Position numbers and translations under genes: made by a program. From the NCBI GenBank assembly GCA_003427395.1, contig BFEA01000031.1, forward strand, positions 1,338,221-1,402,220: a stretch of DNA of 64,000 nucleotides, in the 5' to 3' direction. Shown one piece after another: positions 1 through 12,042 of the stretch; the first letter of the stretch is position 1, and every line of letters begins with the position of its first letter. The DNA is from Chara braunii (lineage: Eukaryota > Plantae > Charophyceae). Below the pieces are notes generated by a model. The model was not told the DNA's origin. It worked only from the letters and a program-made list of their open reading frames with translations, and ran no database searches.

Positions 1-229
1 TTTCTTCTCTTGTCTGCTCTACCCCTTGAGAGTTATGTACATATAGGGTATAAGCAATAATGGATTGGGTAGTGATCAAGGGCAGTGCAATCCTTCTCAG
101 TCTTCCGATGTAATCTTCAATCAACTCTCTCTCATCATCTCTATTCAATCTTCTATTATTCCCCCTTATACTACCCCGAATCATAAAATATCGAGTCAGG
201 TCTATAATCTCATAATCAAATTGCATCGT

Positions 230-520
230 TTACAGCCCACTTTTGATCCTTTTTGCAAGAGAGACCCGTTTCTTAAAAGTGTGATATGATACTCTCTCAG
301 TAGTTCCCACTTTCACCACCTTTAACAAATANCTTATCTCAGTCTGGTAAGTGATAATTCTCAAAGCAGAATCTCTCATGCGATCTAAGAAAGGCTGTAA
401 AACCTCAAGTTCATCCAGGATAGAAACATTTCTGTAAGAGATCCGAAGAGTCCCCTCTACCTTGACTACTCTACCCTCCAACACAACTCCTAGTGTCAGT
501 TGTTCAGTCAAACTGGACAT
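230..520 (-). CDS. Element A accessory ORF, unknown function
   Basis: 96-aa ORF starting 2 nt after the previous stop; VKVEGTLRIS...PFLDRMRDSAL weakly resembles element C VRIEGGAELS...EFLVEVRRLAL (33426-33611). Confidence 0.4.
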   Translation of the reverse strand: MSSLTEQLTLGVVLEGRVVKVEGTLRISYRNVSILDELEVLQPFLDRMRDSALRIITYQTEIXYLLKVVKVGTTERVSYHTFKKRVSLAKRIKSGL

Positions 521-522
521 TG

Positions 523-1159
523 CTAATCATCATAAGCAACATCTGAAAGGCAGATTTCAGGTTGGATATAATCAGGGATCTCGAATCTGTGTTCAAAGGT
601 ACTCAAAAATAGGGATTTTATTATCACAGTGGAGTCTTTTTCTCTTGCTCTACCAATCTCAGCAATAGCTTCCAACAGAGACATCCAATCTCTCTTGCTT
701 TCAAATCCTTTAGCAATCGAGAATTTAGGAAGTCTCTCAAATTGTCTTACTTCTTTCCCCCAGGTTACTTTTCTCTTTAGCTTTTCAAGCCACTCTTTGG
801 TTCTTATGAGACTAATGTAAGCACCTGTCTGACACTTCAAGTAGTCATCTTCCTTTTCCAAACCTGCTGGTACATAAATCCGTACGTCCAGGCTGCCAAT
901 ACTCATAAATTTGACCACTGGAATGTGAAATATTATGGGCCCTCTCTTACAAGTCTCATATCTCAGGATCACAAAAGGATTATCACACCCTATCACCTCA
1001 TAGAATTTACCCCTCACAGTAGTTATCCTAGCTACTGAGAGTATTCTTCTTGGACACTCTTCACTTTCCATGCAAACGTTATCATGGCATACCAATTGTA
1101 TCTGGGGAATGTGAGTCCCCCAACAGGTGGAGAGGGTATCCAAACAAAAGGTCTGACAT
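523..1159 (-). pseudogene. Element A accessory ORF, family 1 (about 210 aa, frameshift near the start)
   Basis: Motifs LRYE...LDVRIYVP...P...DWMSLL shared with family-1 ORFs; ATG at 1159 follows a ttttttttcctttag acceptor-like tract. Confidence 0.55.
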
Positions 1160-1268
1160 AGGTGCTAAAGGAAAAAAAAATTCCCTCTCCCTCTAATCAT
1201 CTCTTCTCATCATGCACAAGATTCGACGCTCGCTGCCAACTTGAACCTTTTCGGTTTTCGTCAAATCT

Positions 1269-1526
1269 CTACTTCGGCACATAAATCTCAATATCATATT
1301 CATCAAGATCAATAAAATAGCATGTAAGAACATACAGACTGTTATGTTCTTGCCGTGATCTCTTTATGGCTTCATACCTCACGATTTCATAAGGAATTAC
1401 AGCCTTACACGCTATAAAATTAAGAGAATTCAGCAATTTATATGATTCAGCCTTACTCAGCCCTTCATGGCCTCTTATCAGGCTAAGCTTAGATCTCTCC
1501 CTCAAGGGTACATAGCGTCGACTCAT
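1269..1526 (-). pseudogene. Element A accessory ORF, family 1 (truncated)
   Basis: LNSLNFIACKAVIPYEIVRYE...LYVLT...YDIEIYVPK matches the paralog at 1526-2017; start overlaps the upstream stop (TGATG). Confidence 0.6.
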
Positions 1527-2017
1527 CAGGCTCTTTGACCTCTTTTCACTTTCTGGACAAACTTAATCACCGCAAACCAATCATCTTTTGATAAATTTAT
1601 ATCAGGCAAGGGAGGAGCTAAAAATCCCTGGAAGATAGTAAATCGAGTAAATCCAGTGAAGCACTTATTCTTTCTCTCAAACCTCTCTCTCTCTTTCAAT
1701 ACAACTTCTTCAGCAAATTCCCAACATCTCCCATATACTGCATCAACATTTTTTTCCTTTGGGACATAAATTTTTACGTCATACATATTTCAGACCTGTG
1801 AAATAAATGTCAGTACATATAATCGTTCCTGCTCCCATCCGCACTCGACCATCTCATACCTGACAACTTCATATGGAAATGCCTCTCTCTTGCTTAGAGT
1901 ATTCAACGACCTTAGGAGACCTTCAATCTTCTCTTGACTTGGGCCCGAACCTCCGCTAAAATTTGACCTTCTTTGTCTGATTATTTCTGCTGAAATCTCT
2001 TCAGCTCTCATGACCAC
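1526..2017 (-). pseudogene. Element A accessory ORF, family 1 (one in-frame stop near 1790)
   Basis: ORFs 1790-2017 and 1526-1786 are in frame: LNTLSKREAFPYEVVRYE...YDVKIYVPK...PPLPDINLSKDDWFAVI. Confidence 0.6.
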
Positions 2018-2207
2018 CGCTTATTTTCTCTCTTGTTAATATCATGTTGATTATCGGCAGTCAGTTAGTCCCATCACAATAGCTGTCAGGCATAGGAGGG
2101 ATTGGAATAGTTTTGTATGTTACTGGCATTATACCCCATTCCACTTTCTTCTTTTGCTTGATCAAGTCTGTCTTTTCATCATAGATAAATTGGATCACGA
2201 TCTCCCA

Positions 2208-2414
2208 TCACCAATTAAAATTCTCACCATCATTGCTGCCTCCTTCCTTGACATATGGGCGGATATCATAGATATCTCCCTCCAAGAAATGAGTCAGCAC
2301 TACGAAGATGGTTAAGCCACAAGAATGATAGCCCCAACAAGCCTCACACCTGTAAGGAAATATCCCTCTTATAGTAAATTTAGACAATTCTTTCAGAACA
2401 CCGTCGACCAACAT
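2208..2414 (-). pseudogene. Element A accessory ORF, family 1 fragment
   Basis: LSKFTIRGIFPYR...GLTIFVVLTHF..DIYDIRPYVKEG aligns with 3414-3893 (GDLSIFVVQTSF..TIHDPRPYLRKG). Confidence 0.55.
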
Positions 2415-2727
2415 TTGTCTCGATCCGTCTCACTCTCTTCCTTTCAATTCCTTTCAGCATGTTGGGCGATAATTGGGCATACCTGTTGTCGAGCTTGATT
2501 CTCTCCAGTCAATAATTTCAATGACCTTTCCCGATCCAGTGTGATACCTCACACAAGGAAGAAATAAATCACAGTTAGCAGTCGTGATTCTAAAGAAAAC
2601 TGGGACTTAAATGAGAATAATAAAATTAACATGAAACTCACAGAAATGTCAACAGTTCTCACGTCCTAATCAAAGCTAAAAAACGATGATGACCCAGGTT
2701 TGTTCCGGACACGAAAATCTTTTCATG

Positions 2728-2745
2728 TCCCCAGCAACGGTGCCA
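2728..2745 (-). promoter_or_regulatory. Primer-binding site (tRNA-Asp-like), element A
   Basis: TGGCACCGTTGCTGGGGA, 4 nt after the LTR-terminal CA; 2 mismatches to the complement of the plant tRNA-Asp 3' end. Confidence 0.8.
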
Positions 2746-3254
2746 GTTTTGTCGCACTTTTTCCAGTCGAGCCGCTTCGGGCGACCAGAAAGCCAACAGG
2801 CTGTCACACAGGATTTTGTGTGTGCCTGCAATAAATAAAAATAAATTAAATAATGCAAATCTCTTCCTGTTGTGTGCGTCCGGCTTCGAACGAGACCCTT
2901 CAATTGCGGTCTTTGCCGGTCCCTAGTCTTAGGAATCTTTTATTTTGATTCTGAACAGCAGAGAGTTATGCAAATAATGATCATAAAATTATGGGGTGCT
3001 ATGCATGCATCAATTATGTCAGTCAGATTTTGAGAACTGTGACAAAACATGCTCGAAGGCAATCATCAAGCAAAAAAAATGCAGAAAATAAGACTGACTG
3101 ACTCGAGCAAGACAAGGGCAATTGAATGAGGGAATAATGATAACTCATAATAATCTCAGAAAGTACACGTAAACGAGCGTGGTCAGCACCTCTCAAGAGT
3201 CCTCACTCATCCCTTTGGTCAGTCTCTCTCAGTATCTCTTTTCACTGTTCGTCA

Positions 3255-3893
3255 CTAGTGTTGTGACCCACGCCCACAAACAATCTGAGATTGAGGCCTC
3301 GTGACAAAGAGCCACCAGAAGCCAGCAAGCTCTGAGCATGACCAGCCGAGGTACATGACACGAAAGTTAACCATAGAGCAAAACTCCTCCCACAATATAG
3401 GCAGCCCGTCCACTTAGAAGACTCCCCGTCTGAGGTAGGGATACTCGGTGGGCTCGGTCAGTGCCTCAATGTCGATCACTGCTGGAGAGATATACCTCTC
3501 TGCCAAGCCGATCATATCCAACCAACCCGTGCCATCTGTGAGGAGAGAAGGAACAGAAGGCTTGGGATAGTCGGTATAGAGCTTGGGTCCAAAACTGCGA
3601 ATCAGCGTTGTGCCGTTCTCATCGAACTCTCTCTCTCTCTGCTCCAGATACCCGGCTACCGAGATCCACACCGCGTCAAAATGATCGTGTGTCTCCTTGC
3701 CCTTTCTCAGGTAGGGCCTCGGGTCATGAATAGTACAGTCAGCAAAACTGGTCTGGACGACAAAGATTGACAGGTCTCCCTGTCTGAAACCGATGACACT
3801 GACGTAACGATAGCGAAAGGCCTCCTTGCAAGAGAGTCGATTAAGATTAGTTAGCACCGACTCACTCACGGAAAATGAGTGGACCGTACTCAT
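3255..3893 (-). pseudogene. LTR-embedded accessory ORF, family 1 (about 210 aa; premature stop at 3414)
   Basis: Homologous to 20107-20658; the frame continues past the stop (VDGLPILWEEFCSMVNFRVM) as in the other copy; synonymous excess between copies. Confidence 0.75.
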
Positions 3894-4720
3894 GAGGAAA
3901 ATGTCTAGTATCCGCTGAATTGTCTCTGGCTTGCTTGCAGATTTGATAGTTGAACTATTTACTGAACTGATTGTTGAATTGCTTGCTGAATTGCTGATAT
4001 AGTTGCTGACCCAAATGCCGAACTGAAAACTGAACTAAGTACCTTTTCTGATGACTGACCTGAATGTCAATCTGAATTCTGATCTTAATACCTCTCCCCG
4101 ATCGCCGATCTAAACGCTCTTCTGATTGCTTGCTGGTCTGATTGTTAATCTGATTACTGGTTTGGTAGCTGATCTGTTTGTTTGGTCCAGAAACTGATTG
4201 ATTGCTGAAGAAGAAAAAAAAACTAAACCGAATGCTGATTCGAACGCTGTTCCTGGTGCTGCTCTGTCGGTTAAACTGAATGCTAACCTAAATACCTTTT
4301 CTGAGTACCGATCAAGACGCTGATCTGAGTTCTGACCGAATATTGATCCGCTGCTGCACAGTCACTACCAACAGTACTGTACTCTGCACACCAAAGGAAT
4401 AGTCAAGTGTTGATTAATACTGACAGTTCAATTTCCAAGACCGTTCGTTGCTGAGTCAGTTCTCTTGTTGTTTGAGATCGAGTTGCTCTTATCTGGGTCC
4501 CGACTACACGCCGATCAAGTGCTGGTCAGAAAATTCAAACAAATACTGGTATGTTAAGTGTTGAGATAACTGCAGTTTGGCTGTTGCTTAAATGGCGATT
4601 ACTACATTGCCATCCGTGTTTTGTCAATGTAATGGGTGCCCTGTCGTGGTCTGTTTCCGGACACCAACCCGCTCTCTCTAACCTGTCATTGCCTCTCTCT
4701 GGGTTGATAGTTAGGCCCTT

Positions 4721-4996
4721 TTACTGATTTCCAATAATCCTCCTCCTTGCCTCCTCAATGGACCCCACTGATGAGAAGGTACTGTGTAGCTTTTCATTTG
4801 ATCTGTAAATGTAAAAAGTGTATTCAATATGAGTCTGGTTTTTCACTTGCTCTAGAGCTAGTTCCATCATGAGTCTCTTCAGATAACTNAGGTTCTNTGT
4901 GACTCTCTCCTCCCAACCTTCACATTTGTCTTGATGCATTGTACAGGTCACCCTCCGCCTTTCCTCACCTCCCATCTCTCTCTTTATTTTGGCCAC
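4721..4996 (-). CDS. LTR-region accessory ORF, family 2
   Basis: VTCTMHQDKCEGWEERV...IEYTFYI...KLHSTFSSVGSIEEAR; paralogs at 20909-21150 and 44255-44590. Confidence 0.65.
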   Translation of the reverse strand: MAKIKREMGGEERRRVTCTMHQDKCEGWEERVTXNXSYLKRLMMELALEQVKNQTHIEYTFYIYRSNEKLHSTFSSVGSIEEARRRIIGNQ

Positions 4997-6931
4997 CTTT
5001 AATGAATAGGCAGTTAATAATCACTGATCGTGAAAACCTGCGTGATTAGACAGAAAGGGGGCAGGGTAACCGTCCGAGGATTCTACACTAACCTCGTGAA
5101 TTCCACTCTGATTTTACTGAGTCTGCGTCAAGAGCCTAGACCTGCTCGTTGAGTATTGCTTATCTTCAACAATCCAAACAGTGTCCTCTGGTTCTACCTG
5201 AATTCGGTTGACCCTAGGTTGAATTACCCGTGTCAGCGTCGAATTGCCCAGGCCTGTTTTGAATTCACCCGACCCTGGTTTAAGAGGTCCGGTTTACAAT
5301 AACCCGCGTCTAGTTTCTGGTATCCTGTTTTTCATTAGCCACTGGTCGAGTTTCCGTCAGTCTGTAGATCATCAAAACCTTAACGGAAGCTCAGACCCTC
5401 GAATTCTAGCTAAATGCTTAGCCAAACAATGCTCGAATACTAATTCCTAAAGTCACCAAGTGCATTACCTATCATTGGTCCGCCCCCCCGTAACACTTGA
5501 GGCAGCACAGTCACCAACCTCGCTTCCTCTTTTGCCATTAACCAATAAAAGCCCCTTCTGTCCAGTCCGCTGTCTCTACTGATGAGAAGATGCACGAGTC
5601 GCCCACTCTGTTTATAGGAGTAAGCAGAGTATGCTACTGACTTCTAACCTCTCACCATTTTCCAACGCTCCTTTTTATCGGACTCAAGACTTTCAACTTT
5701 TCTTTTTAATTACGGGCCTTGATTTCTGTATCATGCGTAAGGTCTCTAGACACGGTTACTCGAATAAGAACTCGTCTGATGCAAGTTTTAACTCAAAAGC
5801 TGAAATCCCCGGGTTCAATATTCACCTTTAAGAAAACATCCCCACCTGATTCAAAGAAAAGAAAATTTTGACCTTTTCACGTCAATACCACTTTTACGAG
5901 AGGCATGACTTGGCGGGTAAGGGAAGTGTGTTCAGAGTCCTCCCCCTCGTAACCAANGCCAGNCCAGCTATGACGGTGGACTCAAGNTGTTTCTTTAGGA
6001 GCNGGAAACTGGTCCNACCCGAATAGAATTAAGCGTTTTAATCACCATNAAGCAGGAATTTAGCCAAGGNATAAGAANTTTTTCTCAGTATTGCTTTCCT
6101 CTTCCCCATCCATTCAAGGATCAAAACCATAGAATATAGCCAATGAAAATCAACCCAATGTTCCCTCCAAAACATACAAGACTACTCAGTCATTTGCAGG
6201 TTTTTCACTGTCACGCACTTGAGCACACTCAGACCTTCGCCTCCGTTGACAGTAACTCAAACACGCGAACATATGCAACCTTGCAATCATACCATTATGC
6301 GGTCATGCAAAAACAACACGTGGTGTAACCCAGCGAAGTGATTATACAAGGCAACCACTCGACATAGTCACACGACATAACCACATGCGGGGAAGAGGCA
6401 GAGTCTCAGTTGCACTTGTAATCTCCTCCGAGCCCCTTGCCAATATCAGGATTATCTAACTTTTCTCCTTCATTGAACCCTTAGGCTGATAACTCGTACA
6501 TTGGACTTCTCTCCGAGACCAGAACGTTTCGAGGTCATCATTACCAGTCGCGGCTATTTTACCTACTCACCTACTTACACAGCCTACTGACAACTTAACC
6601 TCAATCAGAACGCAACATTTTCGGTTAATATCTGTCAGTCGTTCGGATTTAAACAAAATAAAACAAGACAGAAGGAAGTTGAGATTGATAAAAGAAAGTA
6701 ACTGTTACGCAATTGGTTGGCGTCTTATCTGAGGGTTCAACCGAAGCGGCTGAAAAGAAGCGCCCAATGACCTTCGATAGCAGTGCCCATTACAGATAAA
6801 AAGTCGCACGAAGATGGTATGATAGTTGACCATCAGAGGAAGAACGCGGATAAGTAGCAGGAGTCGCCTTCGAGAAGAAAGTCTCATGTTAGCTTCTCGG
6901 TCCTCAACCTTCCTCCGCACACCCCAGTAAC

Positions 6932-9100
6932 TCAGGCGACTACTCTAGTATAGAGCCCAACATTCAATCGTACCTCCCTCGCCCCACTCATCCTTTTACA
7001 TAGGTACAATAACACTGATAGTGAGCTTACACGCCCACGTCCTACAAGAGTACAGGCTCCACTGTCATCTCTTCCCTCAAAACTGACTTCCCCCCTTCGT
7101 TCAGGCTTTCTCCATCTCTCTCTAGCCCACCCACGGACTGTGTAGTTCGCCTCCCATGTGTACCCGCTCCATGACTCGACCCTTGGGCTTGTCCGAACTA
7201 GCTTCAGAGTCCCTTTCTCAATCACCCGCCAACGCACCAAAAACTCACAGCGGTCATGCNGACACAAGACGTCATCCNTAAGAGNCNAGGCANCNGCNCC
7301 GNCGATGTTGAAGACCATTGTCAAAACCTCCATCTCCCTCTCAAGGGTACTTCCCAGTGNTGACCTCTCCCTCACTCTCGAGTGTAGCCTGTGTGTCCGT
7401 AACCGATCACTCACCCTCTCTCANACNGCCTCTGGCCTTGCCACGTGCAGCCTGTGTATGCACATAACCGCCCCTCCGCTAAATCCCCGTGCATGATCGA
7501 ATTTTCTAGCTCGTCACGCACTGCAGTCCAGTTGACGNCAACATCTAACCTCTTGGTCACTCCCGTTCGTATNTATATCTTTCNGNCGTTCACTTGATCG
7601 TCTTGATCTCAAACAATCCTCCCTTTTACGCACATTTCCGCCCCTGTGTGAAAACTCGCTATGGCTCAGTGAACACGAGAACGCCCCGAATGAATCGTGA
7701 AAATCATGGTTGACATCCANAGTATCTCAGATGATCGCACACTGCTCACCCGTGCAACCACNCCTCNNTCGTTAACNGCGCCACGNGTACGCATGTAACC
7801 GCCTCGTAGCTCATACCCCGTTTCTCAGAATGACAAGACGCTGACNTNTGGCGCTGCGCTCTCACACNCGTCCTTCCCTCTGCCTTGCCTCTCTNNNGTC
7901 CCGNGGCCTCNNGGTGTCANCTGCGAGCTCGCCTCGAGCCCGCCAGTGTACAGCTCGCCCCACNNGTGTGCCGCNCNCAGGCGTATCTCCCTGCGCTTGT
8001 CTGTCTCCCCTTTTCGTTGACTGCCTTCCTCTTCTCAGATTGCCACCTGCCCTCTCTTCTCCATTCTAGGACATCTAGGTGCCAANAAGTCATGCGAGCT
8101 TGCACGGATCGGNTGACGTCAATCGCACTCCACANACTCACATCGTTCCCGCTCACGCCCTCTCCTTCTCGTTGACTCCCACACGCGCATTTTCCTTGAC
8201 CCGTCGTTTTCCCTTGTTCGGTTTCTCACCCNTCCCGCGGCCTCTGGGCGTNAGCTGTCGTGAGNTGGCCTCGGGTCCCTTTTCCACCGGCTCCGAGGCT
8301 CGGTGGTGCCTCNNGATCNCGCCTGGCCTGNTCCAGGACCTGAGGTCNNTTTCCCGGTNTGCCTCACTCATCTCGCTCTCCCCACCCGAGTCTCTCTCGT
8401 TGTGCTGTTCCTCCCTTGTCTCGGTCCCNGTTNATGACTCGGTCTCGTGATAGATNACCGACACCCTCAAGCCCACGGTCACCCCATCTCGCCTGCATCT
8501 CCGCTCCACCCTGTCACGAGCTTCGGAAATGGCAGCCTGCAGCCTCTGGTCACCTCGCATCTCCTCCTCTCTCCCCCCTTCTATGAAGACCTTCAGTCGG
8601 ACTACCTCTCCCCCGTCGCAGTTCAGGATCGTAGTGATATGAGGGCCTTCGCCCGACATCGGAACCCAGTGCACTATGTGCCGCCAACAGTCAGGCCTAT
8701 AGCCGTGTAGCGCCATCAGNTACACCACAGCTACTTCCTACTAGGAATAGTCAGTGTCGATACTCGACGCACGCATGCACGATAGGCCGACCGATCTCTC
8801 ACTTCGCCGCCCTGCTCTCCAGCAAGCGAGAACGCTGGCCAACCCAGGCGACCGAGAACGGAGGCCTGTTCCATCAATAGATCTTACCGACTAAAAAGAG
8901 CAAACGCACTTCTCTGTGCCCTTGTAAAAGAAAAACGGGGGACCGCTTTCGCTTATAAAGATAATGGAGACCCTGCGTCTGCCGTTAATGTCAATGTGCA
9001 GTGGTCCCATAACTGGATACCGGCGGATCTCCAGCCCTCTTCAAATCGTATCGTCAGCCTACCTCTATCGGGTACCCATGTCCGATGGCAAGGAGGGGGC
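6932..9100 (-). pseudogene. Heavily decayed pol relic of element B (protease-, RNase H- and integrase-like traces)
   Basis: GPLHIDINGRR and ITTILNCDGGEVVRLKV resemble the PR regions of C and D; KRLDVXVNWTAV resembles RRFLLRVDPTAV (RNase H end in C); EGRDD resembles NARDD (IN); no intact catalytic motif seen. Confidence 0.35.
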
Positions 9101-11104
9101 TNATGACCCTTNTGAGGGGTGATAAGCCTCCTACCAATGCGGCCGCGGGTCGCCCTCCCCTTCTTTTGGAGCCTAACCACACGACGTCAGTTCGGAGCTC
9201 ACCCGCTGATTATATGCAAGGCAGGCCTACTTTGGCCATGGGTCCCTGGCTCGTAAATCGAACCGTTGGCCTCCCGTGAAAGGACAGTTCAATAGGCCAA
9301 ATTCGAAAATAGAAAATCTAAGCAAAAATAACAGAAATAGTTATCAAAACAATAATAATAAAATAATAATAATAATAATCGCAGGGAAAATATAAGGAAA
9401 TAAAGGGTAGCGTTCCAGAATCTCTTTGCGCAGCAACCTCGCCCGAACCGTGACCCGCGTTCACACATGAGTCTGAAAACCCAATTTTCAGCCTTTGCCT
9501 TTTTCCCCTTTCTTTTTTCTCTTTTTCTTAGTTTTCTCCTTTTAGCCCTCACTGTATCTGCCTCTTAACCTAACCATCGAGGTCCACNCGATTCAGGCTC
9601 ACAGGTCTGGCTCAAGCAAATTACGAGAGGCCGGTATGACTCAAACCATAGAACCGCAGTTGTGGTCTGAAGACCCGAATCGGCGGCCTTCCCTATGAAG
9701 TGACACATCGATGGGCGGAAAACTGGAAATGGGGGAACTAATTAATAACAATAATAATAATAATAAAAACGAAAAGAAAAGGTGGCGCTTCAAATTTCCT
9801 TCGNGCCACAGCTTCGCCTGAATAGCGATGCAAGTCCACGCACAAGCCCAAACCCGATTTTCATCCTTACCTCTCTTTCTTTCTTTTCACACTTCCCCTA
9901 CAGCTGTTGTGGCCCTACCGAGCGGAACCTAGACGCAGAAACCTGGTATAGGTGATATTTGAAGGGTTGAGCCTGTCTAGACTGCAACACCACCGCTCGA
10001 GTTCAAAGCCCAGTCCTGTCGGCCTCCCCACGAAACGACAGGCCAGTCAAGGAAGGCAAAAAAAGGATGATGATAACAATAAATAGTTAAAAAAAAAATA
10101 ACAAAAGAAGTTAAACCCAAGGATAACTGGGGTTCGGAGGCCATCAGATTTCCCCCGAACTAAAGCTAGTAGTCCAACCACATTAATCAGACCTCTGATT
10201 TTCTATTTTTCTTTTCTTGTTGCTTTTTGTTTAGCTTTCTATCTTCTTGACTGCTGTCAGTATCATGCACCTGACCCATAACCTGCCTAGGGCGCGANCG
10301 ACGCGCGGCAGAAAAGACAACACCGATCTTCTCACCTCCACGTCCCAGGGCAAACCCGGCGGCTACCANGGTCACAGACCGGTTGTGCTCTGCTGTACAG
10401 CAGGGCGCCGAGCCTGCGTGGACCAATGGAAGTCCTGCGACGCACCCTTTTGCTGAGGCAAACGCCAAGCAGGTCCGGTCCACATCATGGTATAGCCCAG
10501 GTACCAAGTAGGGACTTGGCACACGGAGGAGGGCAAGGACACCGCGCCCTCCGACATAATACCAANCCCCCACCCAGCGTCCCCNCTNGGTCAAAGTTTT
10601 GCNACGNGATCCGGTATATAAAACAACCACAATCGTCAATGTTCTCATCCGCTTCNGATGTGGCTTGNGTTGTCGTCCGCGCCGCACTCTTGTACAATTC
10701 GCTCACCTTTCCTCTTTGCACCAACCATCTCTCTGCGCTAGGCTTCTCTCATAGCGTTTGTTTTCTTTTTCTGCTCTCGTCTTCCTTTTTACGGTCGCAC
10801 TCTCCTCCAGTGCTCGTTCTCATTTNGCAATCTAGCCTTCTNTCTTTGCGCCTNGGTGCTAGNTTTCTTATGCCAACCTTCTCTCTCTNCGTTAACCTTT
10901 CTTTCTCAGANTTTTCTTCCTCGCTCAACANNTATCTTCTNACTTAATACCTACCTCTCCTCTTAGCGCTCTTCTCCTCTCTTATGTAGTGTACCATAAT
11001 TCTTCATAGCCGGTGCATTTATAGTCTTGCCTTTATAAATCTCACTCATATAGTATTCTCAGTCATAGCCCTTGGAGATAGATCCTCTGTCTTTTATCCT
11101 TTGC

Positions 11105-11991
11105 TTAACAGCTGTTTCGCTTTACATCATGCCTGAGGCACGCCATGAGCAGGGTTATACCAACTTTTCCTTGAACTCTTTGCTCTTCTATTCCCTTCTC
11201 GCTTGGAGCATCAAGCATCCTCTCATGGGTATAGGTTGCAGCAACTCTTACTTTAGCCGGCTCCCGACTCATTTTTCTTCTCTCTGCTCCACCTGTGATT
11301 TCGCCTGACGATCTCAGCGTCCTTTTCTTAGCATCAGTGGTGCCTACTGCAGGATCAGTTGACCCCTTTGCAAACTCACTCTTCTCACCATCCAAAGCCT
11401 TATTTCTTTTCCTCGCTTCTCGCAAGGTATGGCAGAGATACTGATTAAAATCCTTCTGTTCAAGGTTCTCTCGGATCTTATCCCATACTAGTCTCCCCTC
11501 TGTTCCACGAATCAACTCTCGTTGTTCTGCATTCGTGAAGTTCATCAGGAAGACAAAGCATTTGTCATGTTCTGACAGTGCCCAGACCTTACGCGATGCG
11601 CGCTCATACTCTGCTAGGAAGTGCCCCACTGACACATAACTATACCGATCTATTTTCTCAAGATCGTCTTTGGTCATTTGTTCCTCACCTAGCCGGTACT
11701 TATTCCACATGTCATCATAGAACTTCCTCCACGATGACCCTGCTCTTCTAACCAACCTATTTACTTCCTCCTTCAAACCTATATAGATATACTTTATCAC
11801 TTCTTTCAGCATTTGTTCCATGTTCCATTTGCAGTGGGACGCTATCGTTCAAACTTGTCGAGGAAGTTAGAGACATGATCGCCTTTGAAGAAGTTGATCT
11901 CAACCTTGGGCAGATTGTCTCGCTCCCAATCCCGTCGTTCCAACAGAGAAGCGAGTTCCTCGGCCTCAATCTTTCCTTGAGACCCCTCCAT
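11105..11991 (-). pseudogene. gag: gag (capsid-like) of element B, disrupted near 11840
   Basis: MEGSQGKIEAEELASLLERR...NLPKVEINFFKGDHV and KYRLGEEQMT...LSEHDKCFVFL align with element D gag (AAEIAKLLEKR...NLPRIDIFPFKGDRV; FKLGDGLLT...LSEEMQCVIFL). Confidence 0.75.
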
Positions 11992-12015
11992 CTCGAGCTC
12001 CCTCGACCCCTTCAC

Positions 12016-12042
12016 CTGTTGAACAACAACGAGCGGCGTTAG
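12016..12042 (-). promoter_or_regulatory. Putative branch point and 3' splice acceptor upstream of element B gag
   Basis: Minus strand ccCTAACgccgctcgttgttgttcaaCAG|G, 24 nt before the gag ATG. Confidence 0.55.

Larger units (their letters stand above)
1..5950 (-). mobile_element. LTR retroelement A (Ty3/Gypsy-like), 5' part: LTR plus accessory-ORF leader; continues off the left edge; distal LTR boundary approximate
   Basis: Minus strand reads ...gtgcgaCA-aaac-TGGCACCGTTGCTGGGGA (LTR end at 2750 followed by PBS); sequence from 2750 is homologous to 19522 onward; downstream ORFs are related to those of element C. Confidence 0.7.
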
